Shown piece after piece: positions 7,119 to 15,833 of a DNA stretch of 24,000 nucleotides. Under the pieces are notes generated by a model, which searched no databases, was not told the DNA's origin, and worked only from the letters and a program-made list of their open reading frames with translations. Source of the DNA: an uncultured Actinomycetes bacterium (lineage in GTDB: Bacteria > Actinomycetota > Actinomycetes > S36-B12 > CAIYMF01); assembly GCA_963747335.1 (NCBI GenBank), contig CAVVEV010000012.1:448067-472066 (forward strand), in the 5' to 3' direction. Both the position numbers and the translations under genes were made by a program. How positions within the stretch are numbered: position 1 is the stretch's first letter; every line of letters starts with the position of its first letter.

Positions 7119-8387
7119 CTACGGAACGCTGCGGATCCGTGTGACCAGGACCGCGGACAGCAGCGTGACGGCGGCCGTGAGCAGGTACAGCCCGGTGTAC
7201 CCGCCCGCGCTGGTGACGATCGGTGCGGCGATCACAGGTGCGAGCACCTGCGGGGCGCTGTTGGCGATGTTGATGACGCCGAGGTCGCGACCGCGATCGA
7301 CCGCGCGCGGCAGCACCTGGGTGACCAGGGCCTGGTCGACGCCGAGGTACATGCCATAGCCGAGTCCGAGGATCAGCGCGGCAACCATCGCAGCGCTGAA
7401 CACCGGGAAGAACGCCAGGATCACGGCCGCCACGGCCATCACACAGGTCGCGGAGATCACGTAGACCTTGCGGCGCCCGGAGCGGTCCGACAGCGAGCCG
7501 AACACCACGGCGGTCAGGATCGTGCCGAGCGCGTAGAGCGCGATGAGCACGGTCTGCCCCTGCTCCGGCTCGGCGTACTCGACCTCGTCCTGCAGCCAGA
7601 AGAGCAGGTAGAGCGTGGCCATCGCGTTGCCCAGCATCATGAGGAAGCGCGTGAGCCAGGCCCAGGCGAAGTCCGGGTACACGCGGGGCGAGATCCAGAA
7701 GCCGCGCAGCCACTGCCCGAGGTGCCACGGCGGCTGGTTCTCGCGACCCAGCGGGATGTCGCGCGCCCCGATCACGAACGGCAGCACCAGGACGACCAGC
7801 AGCACGGCCGTCACCACCAGCCCGGTACGCAGGTCGGTGACGACGAACGAGACGATCGCGACCCCGAGCACCACGCCCACGGTCTGGGCCAGGCCGATCC
7901 ATCCGGAGACCAGCCCGCGCTGGCGGACCGGCACCTGGTCGGGGACGGTGGCCGTCAGCCCGGCGTAGGACGCGTTGACGGCCATCTGTGCCAGGAACCA
8001 GATCACGGCGAGGCCGAGGACCGTGCCGGGGACACCGAGGCCGACGATGGCCAGCCCACCGACCAGGGCGCCGAGCAGCACCCACGGCTTGCGCCGCCCC
8101 CAGCGGGCCGTCGTCCGATCCGACAGTGCGCCCGCCAGGGGGTTGAAGACGATGGAGGCGAACGCCCCGGCGCCGGTGATCCACGCGAGCGCGGCCTCCT
8201 TGCTGTCCGGTGCGGCCTCCTGCGCCAGCCGTGGGAGCAGGTTCTGGATCGGCGTGTAGAACGCCAGCATGATGCCGAGGTTGGCCAGGGTGACGGCCGT
8301 GATGTACCCGCGCCTGACCGGGACTGTCGGCTCCTGCAAGGCCCCTGGGACAGTGACGGTCTCGGGGGTGGTGGGCTTCGCGCTCAT
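7119..8387 (-). CDS. glycoside-pentoside-hexuronide (GPH)/MFS sugar:cation symporter
   Basis: 422-aa protein with about 12 TM segments and the GPH signature GALSDRTTARWGRRKPW. Its ATG overlaps the stop of the upstream beta-glucosidase (ATGA at 8384-8387). Confidence 0.85.
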   Translation of the reverse strand: MSAKPTTPETVTVPGALQEPTVPVRRGYITAVTLANLGIMLAFYTPIQNLLPRLAQEAAPDSKEAALAWITGAGAFASIVFNPLAGALSDRTTARWGRRKPWVLLGALVGGLAIVGLGVPGTVLGLAVIWFLAQMAVNASYAGLTATVPDQVPVRQRGLVSGWIGLAQTVGVVLGVAIVSFVVTDLRTGLVVTAVLLVVLVLPFVIGARDIPLGRENQPPWHLGQWLRGFWISPRVYPDFAWAWLTRFLMMLGNAMATLYLLFWLQDEVEYAEPEQGQTVLIALYALGTILTAVVFGSLSDRSGRRKVYVISATCVMAVAAVILAFFPVFSAAMVAALILGLGYGMYLGVDQALVTQVLPRAVDRGRDLGVINIANSAPQVLAPVIAAPIVTSAGGYTGLYLLTAAVTLLSAVLVTRIRSVP

Positions 8388-9778
8388 GGCCGGTCACGCA
8401 GGAACGCGCGGTACCAGGCGTAGGAGGTCTTCGGGATGCGCCGCTGGGTCGGGTAGTCGACGTGGACGAGTCCGAAGCGTGGACGGTAGCCCTCGGCCCA
8501 CTCGAAGTTGTCCATCAGCGACCACACGAAGTAGCCGCGGACGTCGACGCCGGCGTCGATCGCCTCACCGACGGCCGCCACGTGGCTGCGCAGGTACTCC
8601 ACCCGGCGCGGGTCGTCGACGTGCGGCTCGGGCTGCTCCACCAGCTCGTCGGGGAACGCGGTGCCGCTCTCGGTGACCATGACTGGCGGGAGCGCGTCGC
8701 CGTAGCGCTCACGGATCCCGACGAGGACGTCCCGCAGGCCACTGGGGACCACAGGCCAGCCCATCGCGGTCTGCTCGAACTCGTCCATCCCCACCAGCTC
8801 GAACGGGAACGGGTTGCCCGGTGCGGGAGCCCTCACCCGGGTGGGGTTGTAGTAGTTCACCCCGAGCGCATCCAGGGGCTGGGCGATGGTCGCCAGGTCC
8901 CCGTCCTGGACGCAGGAGCGGTCGGTGGGCACCCCGACCTCGTCCAGGCCCGGATAGCTGCCGAGCAGGCAGGGGTCCATGTACGTCCGGTTCTGGATGG
9001 CGTCGAGGGCGGCCGCCGCAGCGGCATCCGCGGGGGACTCGCTCGCCGAAACGATGGGCGACAGGTTGTGGCTGATGCCGACCGTGGCGCGGGGCGCCTC
9101 AGCGCGGATGGCCTGCGTGGCCAGACCGTGGGCGAGCAGGACATGGTGCGTCGCCGGGAACGAGTCGAACAGCAGCGCACGGCCCGGGGCGTGGGCGCCG
9201 AACGCATATCCGTGGGTGGAGATCACGACAGCCTCGTTGATGGTGATCCACGTGTGCACGCGGTCTCCGAGGCGACCCGCCACATGACGCGCGTACTCGG
9301 CGAAGCGCTGCGCGGTGTCGCGCTCAAGCCAGCCCCCGTCGTCCTCCAGCGGCTGCGGGAGGTCCCAGTGATAGAGGGTGACCACGGGGGCGATCCCATG
9401 CTCGAGCAGGCCATCGACGAGCCGCTCGTAGAAGTCCAGTCCCCGGGACTCGACGGCACCAGAACCGGTGGGGACAACGCGAGGCCATGAGACAGAGAAC
9501 CGGTAGGCGTTCACCCCGAGGTCGGCCATGAGCGCGACATCCTCGGGCCAGCGCACGTAGTGGTCGCAGGCCACGTCACCGGTGGCGCCGTCCGCGATCC
9601 TCCCGGGAGTGTGGGCGAAGGTGTCCCAGATCGAGGGGCCCTTCCCGTCGGCGTCCCAGGACCCCTCGATCTGGTAGGCCGCCGTCGCGGTCCCCCAGAG
9701 GAAGTCGGATCGGAATGCTGCACGGGTGCGGCCATCGGTCAGCGTGCCGGGGTCACCCGGACTCCACGGGGCGCTCAT
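8384..9778 (-). CDS. GH1 family beta-glucosidase
   Basis: FLWGTATAAYQIEG, YRFSVSWPRV, LYHWDLPQ, ITINEAVV (acid/base Glu) and VTESGTAF (nucleophile Glu). The ATG at 9778 overlaps the HAD gene stop (ATGA). The track start at 9883 is an upstream extension. Confidence 0.9.
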   Translation of the reverse strand: MSAPWSPGDPGTLTDGRTRAAFRSDFLWGTATAAYQIEGSWDADGKGPSIWDTFAHTPGRIADGATGDVACDHYVRWPEDVALMADLGVNAYRFSVSWPRVVPTGSGAVESRGLDFYERLVDGLLEHGIAPVVTLYHWDLPQPLEDDGGWLERDTAQRFAEYARHVAGRLGDRVHTWITINEAVVISTHGYAFGAHAPGRALLFDSFPATHHVLLAHGLATQAIRAEAPRATVGISHNLSPIVSASESPADAAAAAALDAIQNRTYMDPCLLGSYPGLDEVGVPTDRSCVQDGDLATIAQPLDALGVNYYNPTRVRAPAPGNPFPFELVGMDEFEQTAMGWPVVPSGLRDVLVGIRERYGDALPPVMVTESGTAFPDELVEQPEPHVDDPRRVEYLRSHVAAVGEAIDAGVDVRGYFVWSLMDNFEWAEGYRPRFGLVHVDYPTQRRIPKTSYAWYRAFLRDRP

Positions 9779-10422
9779 CGCCCGTGAGGACCCGCGCCGA
9801 GGACCAGGCGGGCGATGTCGTCGGGTGTGGCGGCCAGCAGGTCGATGTCCTCCTGGGGTATGGCGTGGGTCTGGTGCCCCCACGCCACTGCGACCGCGAG
9901 CACTCCGGCAGCCCGGGCGGCAAGCATGTCCCCCGGGCTGTCGCCGACGAACACGACCCGGCTGGCAGGGACCCCGAGCCGCTCGAGGGTCAGGTCGATC
10001 ATCTCCGGGTTGGGCTTGGGCCCGCTGACGAGGTCCACCGTGACGACCGTGTCCAGAAGGGCGTCGAGCCCGTGCGCGCCGAGGACCACCGCCGCGGACC
10101 GGCTGTCCGAGTTCGTCGCGACCGCGGTGGCCACGCCGGCGTCCCGAAGCGACACGAGCAGGTCGACGATGCCCGGGTAGGGCTCGATCGTGGCGACCTC
10201 CTGGGCCAGCGCGTCGTGGAAGACGTCGTCGTCGGCGTCAGTGGCCTCGTGACCCAGCAGCGCGCTCACCAGGTTCCGGGCCGCACCGAGGTGCGCCACC
10301 GGCTCCAACTCGACGAGCGTGATCTCACGTCCCACGGCCACGGAGTAGGCGTGCATCGCCGGGATGAAGGTGTTGATCAACGTCCCGTCCTGGTCGAAGA
10401 CCACCGCCTCGTACTGCCGCAT
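9775..10422 (-). CDS. HAD-IA family hydrolase (phosphatase/phosphoglucomutase-like)
   Basis: Motif I VVFDQDGTLINT, motif II ATNS, motif III/IV KPNPE...FVGDSPGDMLAARAAG. The ATG at 10422 is preceded by GAGGAG with a 6-nt spacer. Confidence 0.8.
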   Translation of the reverse strand: MRQYEAVVFDQDGTLINTFIPAMHAYSVAVGREITLVELEPVAHLGAARNLVSALLGHEATDADDDVFHDALAQEVATIEPYPGIVDLLVSLRDAGVATAVATNSDSRSAAVVLGAHGLDALLDTVVTVDLVSGPKPNPEMIDLTLERLGVPASRVVFVGDSPGDMLAARAAGVLAVAVAWGHQTHAIPQEDIDLLAATPDDIARLVLGAGPHGR

Positions 10423-10453
10423 CTCTGTCTCCTCGATCCTCTGGGGTACCTGG

Positions 10454-11026
10454 TCACAACTCCCGGACCACACGCGCAGGGTTGCCGACGGCGACGACCC
10501 GGTCGGGGAGGTCCTTCACCACGACCGCCCCCGACCCGACGACCACGTCGTCGCCGATCGTGACTCCCGGGCCGACGATGACTCCGCCGCCGAGCCAGAC
10601 CCGGCTGCCGATCGCGATCGGGAAGCCGAGCTCCCGCCCGGAGATGCGCTCGTCGGCGTCGACCGGGTGCGTGGCCGTGAGCAGCTGCACCCCGGGCGCG
10701 AGCATGGTGTCGTCACCGATCCGGATCTCGGCGACGTCGAGCAGCACGCAGTTCGCGTTGGCGTAGAACCGCTCACCGAGATGGATGTTGAACCCGTAGT
10801 CGACATGCAGGGTCGGCTCGATCTCGAACGACTCGCCGGTGCTCCCGAGCAGGTCGGTCAGGATGGCCCGGCGCTGATCGGCGGCCTCGGGTGGAGTGTG
10901 GTTGAACCGGAACTCCAGGGAGCGCGCCCGGGCTCGCGCCTCGACGAGCTCCGGGTCACTCGACAGGTACAGCCGGCCGGAGATCATCAGCTGGAACTCG
11001 GTCCCCGTCGGCAGGTAGCTGGCCAT
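10454..11026 (-). CDS. maa: maltose/galactoside O-acetyltransferase (hexapeptide-repeat, left-handed beta-helix)
   Basis: The N-terminal Mac domain (MISGRLYLSSDPELVEARARA) plus hexapeptide repeats (IGDDTML, IGSRVWLGGGVIVGPGVTIGDDVVVGSGAVV, VGNPARV) are typical of Maa/LacA. Confidence 0.85.
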   Translation of the reverse strand: MASYLPTGTEFQLMISGRLYLSSDPELVEARARARSLEFRFNHTPPEAADQRRAILTDLLGSTGESFEIEPTLHVDYGFNIHLGERFYANANCVLLDVAEIRIGDDTMLAPGVQLLTATHPVDADERISGRELGFPIAIGSRVWLGGGVIVGPGVTIGDDVVVGSGAVVVKDLPDRVVAVGNPARVVREL

Positions 11027-11053
11027 GGCGCATTCCTACCAAGTTCGGACGCC

Positions 11054-11059
11054 TATAGT
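11054..11059 (+). promoter_or_regulatory. -10 hexamer TATAGT, 7 nt upstream of the in-frame GTG at 11067 (predicts a leaderless mRNA)
   Basis: This is the same hexamer as at 4102. There is no Shine-Dalgarno sequence. The track start at 11025 would overlap the divergent maa start codon, which is unlikely. Confidence 0.35.
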
Positions 11060-11066
11060 CCGCCGG

Positions 11067-11780
11067 GTGGAGATCCTGGGATGGCTGCGCCCGGCGCGCA
11101 CCATCCCGGTCACCCACTGGCGATCGCGATCGCGGTGGTCGCCGACTCCCACCAGCCTGGTCGTCCTGATCATCGGGCTGTACGCCTTCGGCACGGGCGA
11201 AGCCCTGATCGTCCAGGGTGGGCTGGGCGTGAGCCCGTGGACGGTGCTGGCGCAGGGCCTGTCCACGATCCTGCCGGTGTCGATCGGCGTGGCCACCTTC
11301 CTCGTCAGTGCGGTGGTGCTGCTGCTCTGGATCCCACTGCGCGAACGACCCGGCCTGGGTACCATCGCCAACGCGATCGTGATCGCGGTGGCACTGCAGG
11401 TCGGGGTCGCCCTGGTCCCGGCACCGGATACCTGGCTCGCCCAACTCGCGCTGGTCCTCCTCGGCATCGCGATGATCGGCCTGGGCAGCGGGCTCTACCT
11501 GACCACCAACCTGGGGCCCGGCCCGCGGGACGGCTGGATGACCGGGATCCACCTGCGGACCGGCTGGCCCGTGGGGCGCGTCCGATTGGGGATCGAGCTC
11601 GTCGTCCTGACCCTCGGCTGGTTGCTCGGCGGGACGGTCGGGCTGGGGACTGTGCTGTTCGCCGTCCTCATCGGACCCTCCGTGGCGCAGGGCCTGGCGA
11701 TCGCCGGCACGATCGGTGGTGTGCCGGGGGCTGAGGGACAGCCAGGCGGCGAGGACGGGTTCCCCGAGCTCGACGCCTGA
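11067..11780 (+). CDS. YczE-like integral membrane protein
   Basis: Motifs GGLGVSPWTVLAQGL and NLGPGPRDGWM and 5-6 TM segments fit the YczE family. The start is inferred from the promoter geometry; the ATG at 11025 is the alternative. Confidence 0.7.
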   Translation: MEILGWLRPARTIPVTHWRSRSRWSPTPTSLVVLIIGLYAFGTGEALIVQGGLGVSPWTVLAQGLSTILPVSIGVATFLVSAVVLLLWIPLRERPGLGTIANAIVIAVALQVGVALVPAPDTWLAQLALVLLGIAMIGLGSGLYLTTNLGPGPRDGWMTGIHLRTGWPVGRVRLGIELVVLTLGWLLGGTVGLGTVLFAVLIGPSVAQGLAIAGTIGGVPGAEGQPGGEDGFPELDA

Positions 11781-11883
11781 TGTTGGCTGAGCCGCGCCGT
11801 GGTCGGGCCCGAGCGGGAGGCGCGATTCGACGTACGACTCGCAGGAACCGCGTGCCCGACCCGCACAGTAATAGCCTGCGTCC

Positions 11884-13581
11884 ATGGTCGAGGAACGGCG
11901 GGAGGCGGGGCTGCGAGACAGGGCCCGCCGCGCGGTCGACGGCGCCTTCGACGCGACCGTGGGTCGAGTCGGCCACTCCGTGACCGAGGCGGCCATGGAC
12001 GTCACCGGAGCCACCGCCCAGCAGGTGATCCAGGACCTCGAGCCCTACCTGATCCAGGAAGCCATCCCGCGGATCGTCGACGGACTCACGCCCTACCTCA
12101 CGGACACCGTCGTGCCGCAGGTGCTCGAAGGCCTCACCGACCACCTGGTCGCTGACACCGTCCCCGAGGTGGTTGACGGAGTCACGGCACACCTGGTGGC
12201 GGTGACGGTCCCCGAGGTGGTCGCCGGAGTCACGCCCCGGCTGGTCGCCGACCTGCTCCCCGCCCTGCTCGAGGACCTGCGCCCCTACCTCGAGGCCGAG
12301 CTCGTCCCACGGATCGTCGAGGGCCTGGTCCCCTACATCCAGGAGCAGGTGGCCCCAGATCTCATCGACGGGCTGATGCCCAGGATCAAGGAGGAGGTCG
12401 CCCCCGAGCTCATCGAGGCCCTCATGCCGCGCATCGAGGAGCAAATCGCCCCGCAGCTGATCGACGCGCTCTTGCCCAAGATCCGAGACGAGATCGCCCC
12501 GCAGCTCGTCGACGCGTTGATGCCCACGATCCGTGATGAGATCGCCCCCCAGCTGGTCGACTCCCTGATGCCCAAGATCCGAGACGAGATCGCCCCCCAG
12601 CTCGTCGACGCGTTGATGCCCACGATCACCGACGAGGTGGCCCCGCAGCTGGTCGACGCGCTCATGCCCAAGATCCGCGATGAGATCGCCCCCCAGCTGG
12701 TCGACTCCCTCATGCCCAAGATCCGGACCGAGGTCGTGCCGCTGATCCTCGACGACATCGTCGACGACCCGCGGGTGCGCGACCTCATCCGTGAGCAGAG
12801 CCAGGGGCTGTTCCTCGACGCGCTGGAGTCCGTCCGGGAGAACCTGGCGGATGCCGACGTGCTGGTCGAGCGGGTCGGGCGGCGCCTGCTCCGGCGGCCC
12901 CCGCGGCCGCAGCCGGAATCGGCCGTCAGCCTGATGCTCGATGCCGCAGGCGACGCAGACACGACCCCGGCACGCCTCACGCGCGACAACTTGGCCGAGC
13001 AGCGCAGCGCCTGGCGGGCCATGCCGGTCCCCCCGGCACCGCCCGGACGGGAGTTCGCGCACGCCGGTGTCCTGACCCGGCTGGGGGCCTTCGCCCTGGA
13101 CGTCACCGTCGTGGGGTGGTTGGTCAGCCAAGGGCTGTCGGCCGTGGTCAACCTGCTGGACTCCCTGTTCACGCCGGTGCCGGAGTGGCTGGTCGTGATC
13201 CTCGGCGCGATCGCAGCCTCGTTCGTGCCGATCTACCTCGGCGTCTGCTGGTGGCTGACGGGCCGATCGCTGGGCTCGTGGCTCGTCGGGACCCGTGTCT
13301 GCACGCCGGATGGACGCAATCCGGGCTTGGTCCGCGCCCTGGTCCGCAGCTGGGTGGGGGTCCTCGGTGTGGTCATCTGGGTCCTCGCCGGTGTCTTCAG
13401 CCTGTTCGACCGCAAGCGCCGCTCGTGGCTGGACCTGCTTCTGCACACCGAGGTGCGCTACGTGGTGCCCCTCGACCAGCAGCGGCGCTACATCCGCGAG
13501 GAGCTCCAGAAGCGCCACGAACAGGCTGCGCACGCACAGGTCCCCAACGACGGGGCCGCGGCCGACCCCGAGAGGCCATGA
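11884..13581 (+). CDS. RDD-domain membrane protein with a long N-terminal 16-aa (2 x 8) tandem repeat region
   Basis: 565-aa ORF. Residues about 52-291 form 15 tandem 16-aa units. The C-terminus has RDD-family features (AGVLTRLGAFALD, GRSLGSWLVGTRV, FDRKRRSWLDLLLHTEV) and 3 hydrophobic segments. No signal peptide is visible. Confidence 0.75.
   Translation: MVEERREAGLRDRARRAVDGAFDATVGRVGHSVTEAAMDVTGATAQQVIQDLEPYLIQEAIPRIVDGLTPYLTDTVVPQVLEGLTDHLVADTVPEVVDGVTAHLVAVTVPEVVAGVTPRLVADLLPALLEDLRPYLEAELVPRIVEGLVPYIQEQVAPDLIDGLMPRIKEEVAPELIEALMPRIEEQIAPQLIDALLPKIRDEIAPQLVDALMPTIRDEIAPQLVDSLMPKIRDEIAPQLVDALMPTITDEVAPQLVDALMPKIRDEIAPQLVDSLMPKIRTEVVPLILDDIVDDPRVRDLIREQSQGLFLDALESVRENLADADVLVERVGRRLLRRPPRPQPESAVSLMLDAAGDADTTPARLTRDNLAEQRSAWRAMPVPPAPPGREFAHAGVLTRLGAFALDVTVVGWLVSQGLSAVVNLLDSLFTPVPEWLVVILGAIAASFVPIYLGVCWWLTGRSLGSWLVGTRVCTPDGRNPGLVRALVRSWVGVLGVVIWVLAGVFSLFDRKRRSWLDLLLHTEVRYVVPLDQQRRYIREELQKRHEQAAHAQVPNDGAAADPERP
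12037..12756 (+). repeat. in-frame tandem repeat, 15 x 48 bp (30 x 24 bp half-units)
   Basis: Units run from LEPYLIQEAIPRIVDG to LMPKIRTEVVPLILDD. The 3' units are near-identical at the DNA level: 12475-12522 and 12571-12618 differ at 1 of 48 nt, and 12523-12570 and 12667-12714 differ at 3 of 48 nt. Confidence 0.9.
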
Positions 13582-13676
13582 GGCGACCTTAGGACTTCAC
13601 GACCCGCTCGGACCACGGGCAGCACCCGCCGCGCGGGTAGCCTGCAGGCCGACCGCGACACCCTCCAGGAGGATGC

Positions 13677-14903
13677 ATGCCGACCCGTCCCCAGCCGCTG
13701 CCGGACGGCACGATCCTGTTCCACGCCGGCTTCCACAAGACCGGGACAACCGCCCTGCAGTCGGCGTTCGCCAGCAGCCGTCCACAGCTCATCGAATCCG
13801 GGGTCCTGTACCCGGGGAACCGCCGATCGCACCACCGCGCGGCCATGGTGGTCACCAAGCGGACCTGGGGATGGGAGGAGCGCGGGGGGAAGCGCACCGA
13901 ACCGAAGTACTGGGGGCGCGTGGCCCGTGAGGCAGCCGCCCACGAAGGACGGGTGGTGATCTCCAGCGAGGGATTCGCGCTGGCCGACGACGACGCCCTC
14001 GACAAGATCGTGGACCGGCTCGGCGGGCAGCGCCTGCACGCGATCTTCACCCTGCGCCCGATGTCGCGCCTCTTGGCCTCCTCGTGGCAGCAGTACCTGA
14101 AGTACGGGCTGGCGATGCGCTACGAGAACTGGCTGAAGAACGTGTTCGCCTCGCCACCGGAGTGCCCGCCGACGCCCAACTTCTGGCGGCGAAACGACCA
14201 CGTGGGAATCATGTCCAGGTGGGCCGAGCGGCTGGGTCCCGACCGGGTCAGCCTGGTCGTCCTCAACGAGGGTGACCGCGACTACCTGTTCCGCACGTTC
14301 GAGCACATGCTCTGCCTTCCCAGCGGACTGCTCGTTCCGGACCCCGAGCTCAGCGCCAGCAATCGCTCCATGACTGCAGCCGAGGCCGAGATGCTGCGCC
14401 AGGTCAATGCGGGCGGGGCCAAGCGCTGGGACTGGCCGCAGTACGAGAAGCTGGTGCGCCGCGGGGCGATCCTGCGCATGGTCGAGGCGCGCACGCCCGA
14501 GCCCGACGAGGAGCCACTGGGCACCCCCGAGTGGGCGATCCGGGCGGCTCAGGACGTGGGTGCCCGGACCGCCGAGCAGGTTGCGGCCCTGGGCATCACC
14601 GTCCACGGGGACCTGTCCAGCCTGGCCGATCCCATCCCGGCGGGCGCGCCGCCCTCAGATGCACTGCGACTACCGGTGCACGCCGCAGCCGAAGCCGTCC
14701 TGGGCGCCATCTCAGGGGCCATGGCCGGCAAGCCCATTGCGCCCGACACCGACCAGTCGATCAACAAGCTCGACCTGCCCGCCGTCCAGCGCCTCACTAC
14801 GCGCGAGGCCGCCGACCTTCTCAAGCTGCGCCTCGGGGAGGCCCGTGAGTGGCGCATGGCGAGGCTCAAGCGCTCGACCCGGAGGGCGCTCCGGCGGCCG
14901 TAG
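13677..14903 (+). CDS. sulfotransferase-like protein (putative PAPS-dependent; function uncertain)
   Basis: 408-aa ORF with AGGAGGA at 13667-13673. LFHAGFHKTGTTALQ resembles the 5'-phosphosulfate-binding loop (PKxGTT). TLRPMSRLLASSWQQ resembles the 3'-phosphate-binding R...S motif. The CDS itself is well supported; the function is inferred. Confidence 0.6.
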   Translation: MPTRPQPLPDGTILFHAGFHKTGTTALQSAFASSRPQLIESGVLYPGNRRSHHRAAMVVTKRTWGWEERGGKRTEPKYWGRVAREAAAHEGRVVISSEGFALADDDALDKIVDRLGGQRLHAIFTLRPMSRLLASSWQQYLKYGLAMRYENWLKNVFASPPECPPTPNFWRRNDHVGIMSRWAERLGPDRVSLVVLNEGDRDYLFRTFEHMLCLPSGLLVPDPELSASNRSMTAAEAEMLRQVNAGGAKRWDWPQYEKLVRRGAILRMVEARTPEPDEEPLGTPEWAIRAAQDVGARTAEQVAALGITVHGDLSSLADPIPAGAPPSDALRLPVHAAAEAVLGAISGAMAGKPIAPDTDQSINKLDLPAVQRLTTREAADLLKLRLGEAREWRMARLKRSTRRALRRP

Positions 14904-14908
14904 TCGGC

Positions 14909-15667
14909 TCAGTGGGCGCTTGGCACCTGGCGTGCCGGGCGCTGGCTCGCCGCCCGGCGAGCCCGGCGGCTGCGGTACATGGCGTCGTCGGCGCGGGCAA
15001 CGAGATCGGCCATGCGGTCAGTTGCCCGCAGTTGCGCGACCCCCGTGCTGATGGACAGGCCTGCCGGCCTGCCGGCCGCTCGTGGGTCGTCGGTCTGCAC
15101 CGCCGCTGCCAGACGCTCAGCGATCCGGGCAGCTGCCGTCGCATCGCAGAAGGGCAGCAGCAGGACGAACTCGTCGCCGCCCCAGCGACCGACGATGTCG
15201 CTGCGCCGGACGACGGAACCGGCCACGTGGGCCACCTGGCGAAGGGCCATGTCGCCGGCATTGTGCCCGTGGGTGTCGTTGTAGCGCTTGAAGTCGTCAA
15301 GGTCGAACAGGACCACGGACAGCGGCTGATCGCTGCGCGCCGCCAGGTTGATCGCCTCCGCGGCCATCGCCTCGAACGCCTGGCGGTTGTATGCCCCGGT
15401 CACGTGGTCCCGGGTGGCCGCTCGGACCAGCTTCCGGTGATAGCGGTTGATGACGACGACGGCCAGCGCCACGATCGCGGCGCAGGACATCGCCCCGAAC
15501 CCGAGGCTGAACCCGAACGTCCCCAGGTCTGTGGGTGCGGGACACTCCTGGGCTGCCCTCATGGCCGCCAGCCAGGTTCCGATGATGATGGGCAGGAACC
15601 CCGCTGTCAGCGCCATGACCAGGGCCAGCAGGATCCGTCGGCGCTCCCGCGCGAAGTCGGCATCCAT
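14909..15667 (-). CDS. membrane-anchored diguanylate cyclase (GGDEF domain)
   Basis: Two N-terminal TM segments, then DHVTGAYNRQAF, FDLDDFKRYNDTHGHNAGD and RWGGDEFVLLL, with RRSD (RxxD I-site) 5 residues upstream of GGDEF. The ATG at 15667 is preceded by GAGGGGA. Confidence 0.85.
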   Translation of the reverse strand: MDADFARERRRILLALVMALTAGFLPIIIGTWLAAMRAAQECPAPTDLGTFGFSLGFGAMSCAAIVALAVVVINRYHRKLVRAATRDHVTGAYNRQAFEAMAAEAINLAARSDQPLSVVLFDLDDFKRYNDTHGHNAGDMALRQVAHVAGSVVRRSDIVGRWGGDEFVLLLPFCDATAAARIAERLAAAVQTDDPRAAGRPAGLSISTGVAQLRATDRMADLVARADDAMYRSRRARRAASQRPARQVPSAH

Positions 15668-15833
15668 GGTGGTTCCCCTCGCTGCCGCATACGGACGGCA
15701 GCTCCACCGTAGGCCGCGCCGTCGCTGGTGGCACCGGGATTCCCCCGGATGGCCCAAGGCTCCTCACAGCGCATCCGCCCCCCCGTCGCGCCATACTCTC
15801 GACCAGACCACGACTCCCAGGAAGGGGAGAGGC

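Noticed and set aside
12037-12756. Regularly spaced 48-bp repeats that could superficially suggest a CRISPR array or satellite
   Set aside because: The units are contiguous with no spacers, stay in frame, and translate into a coherent 16-aa protein repeat inside a long ORF with a recognisable C-terminal RDD domain. No cas genes are present.
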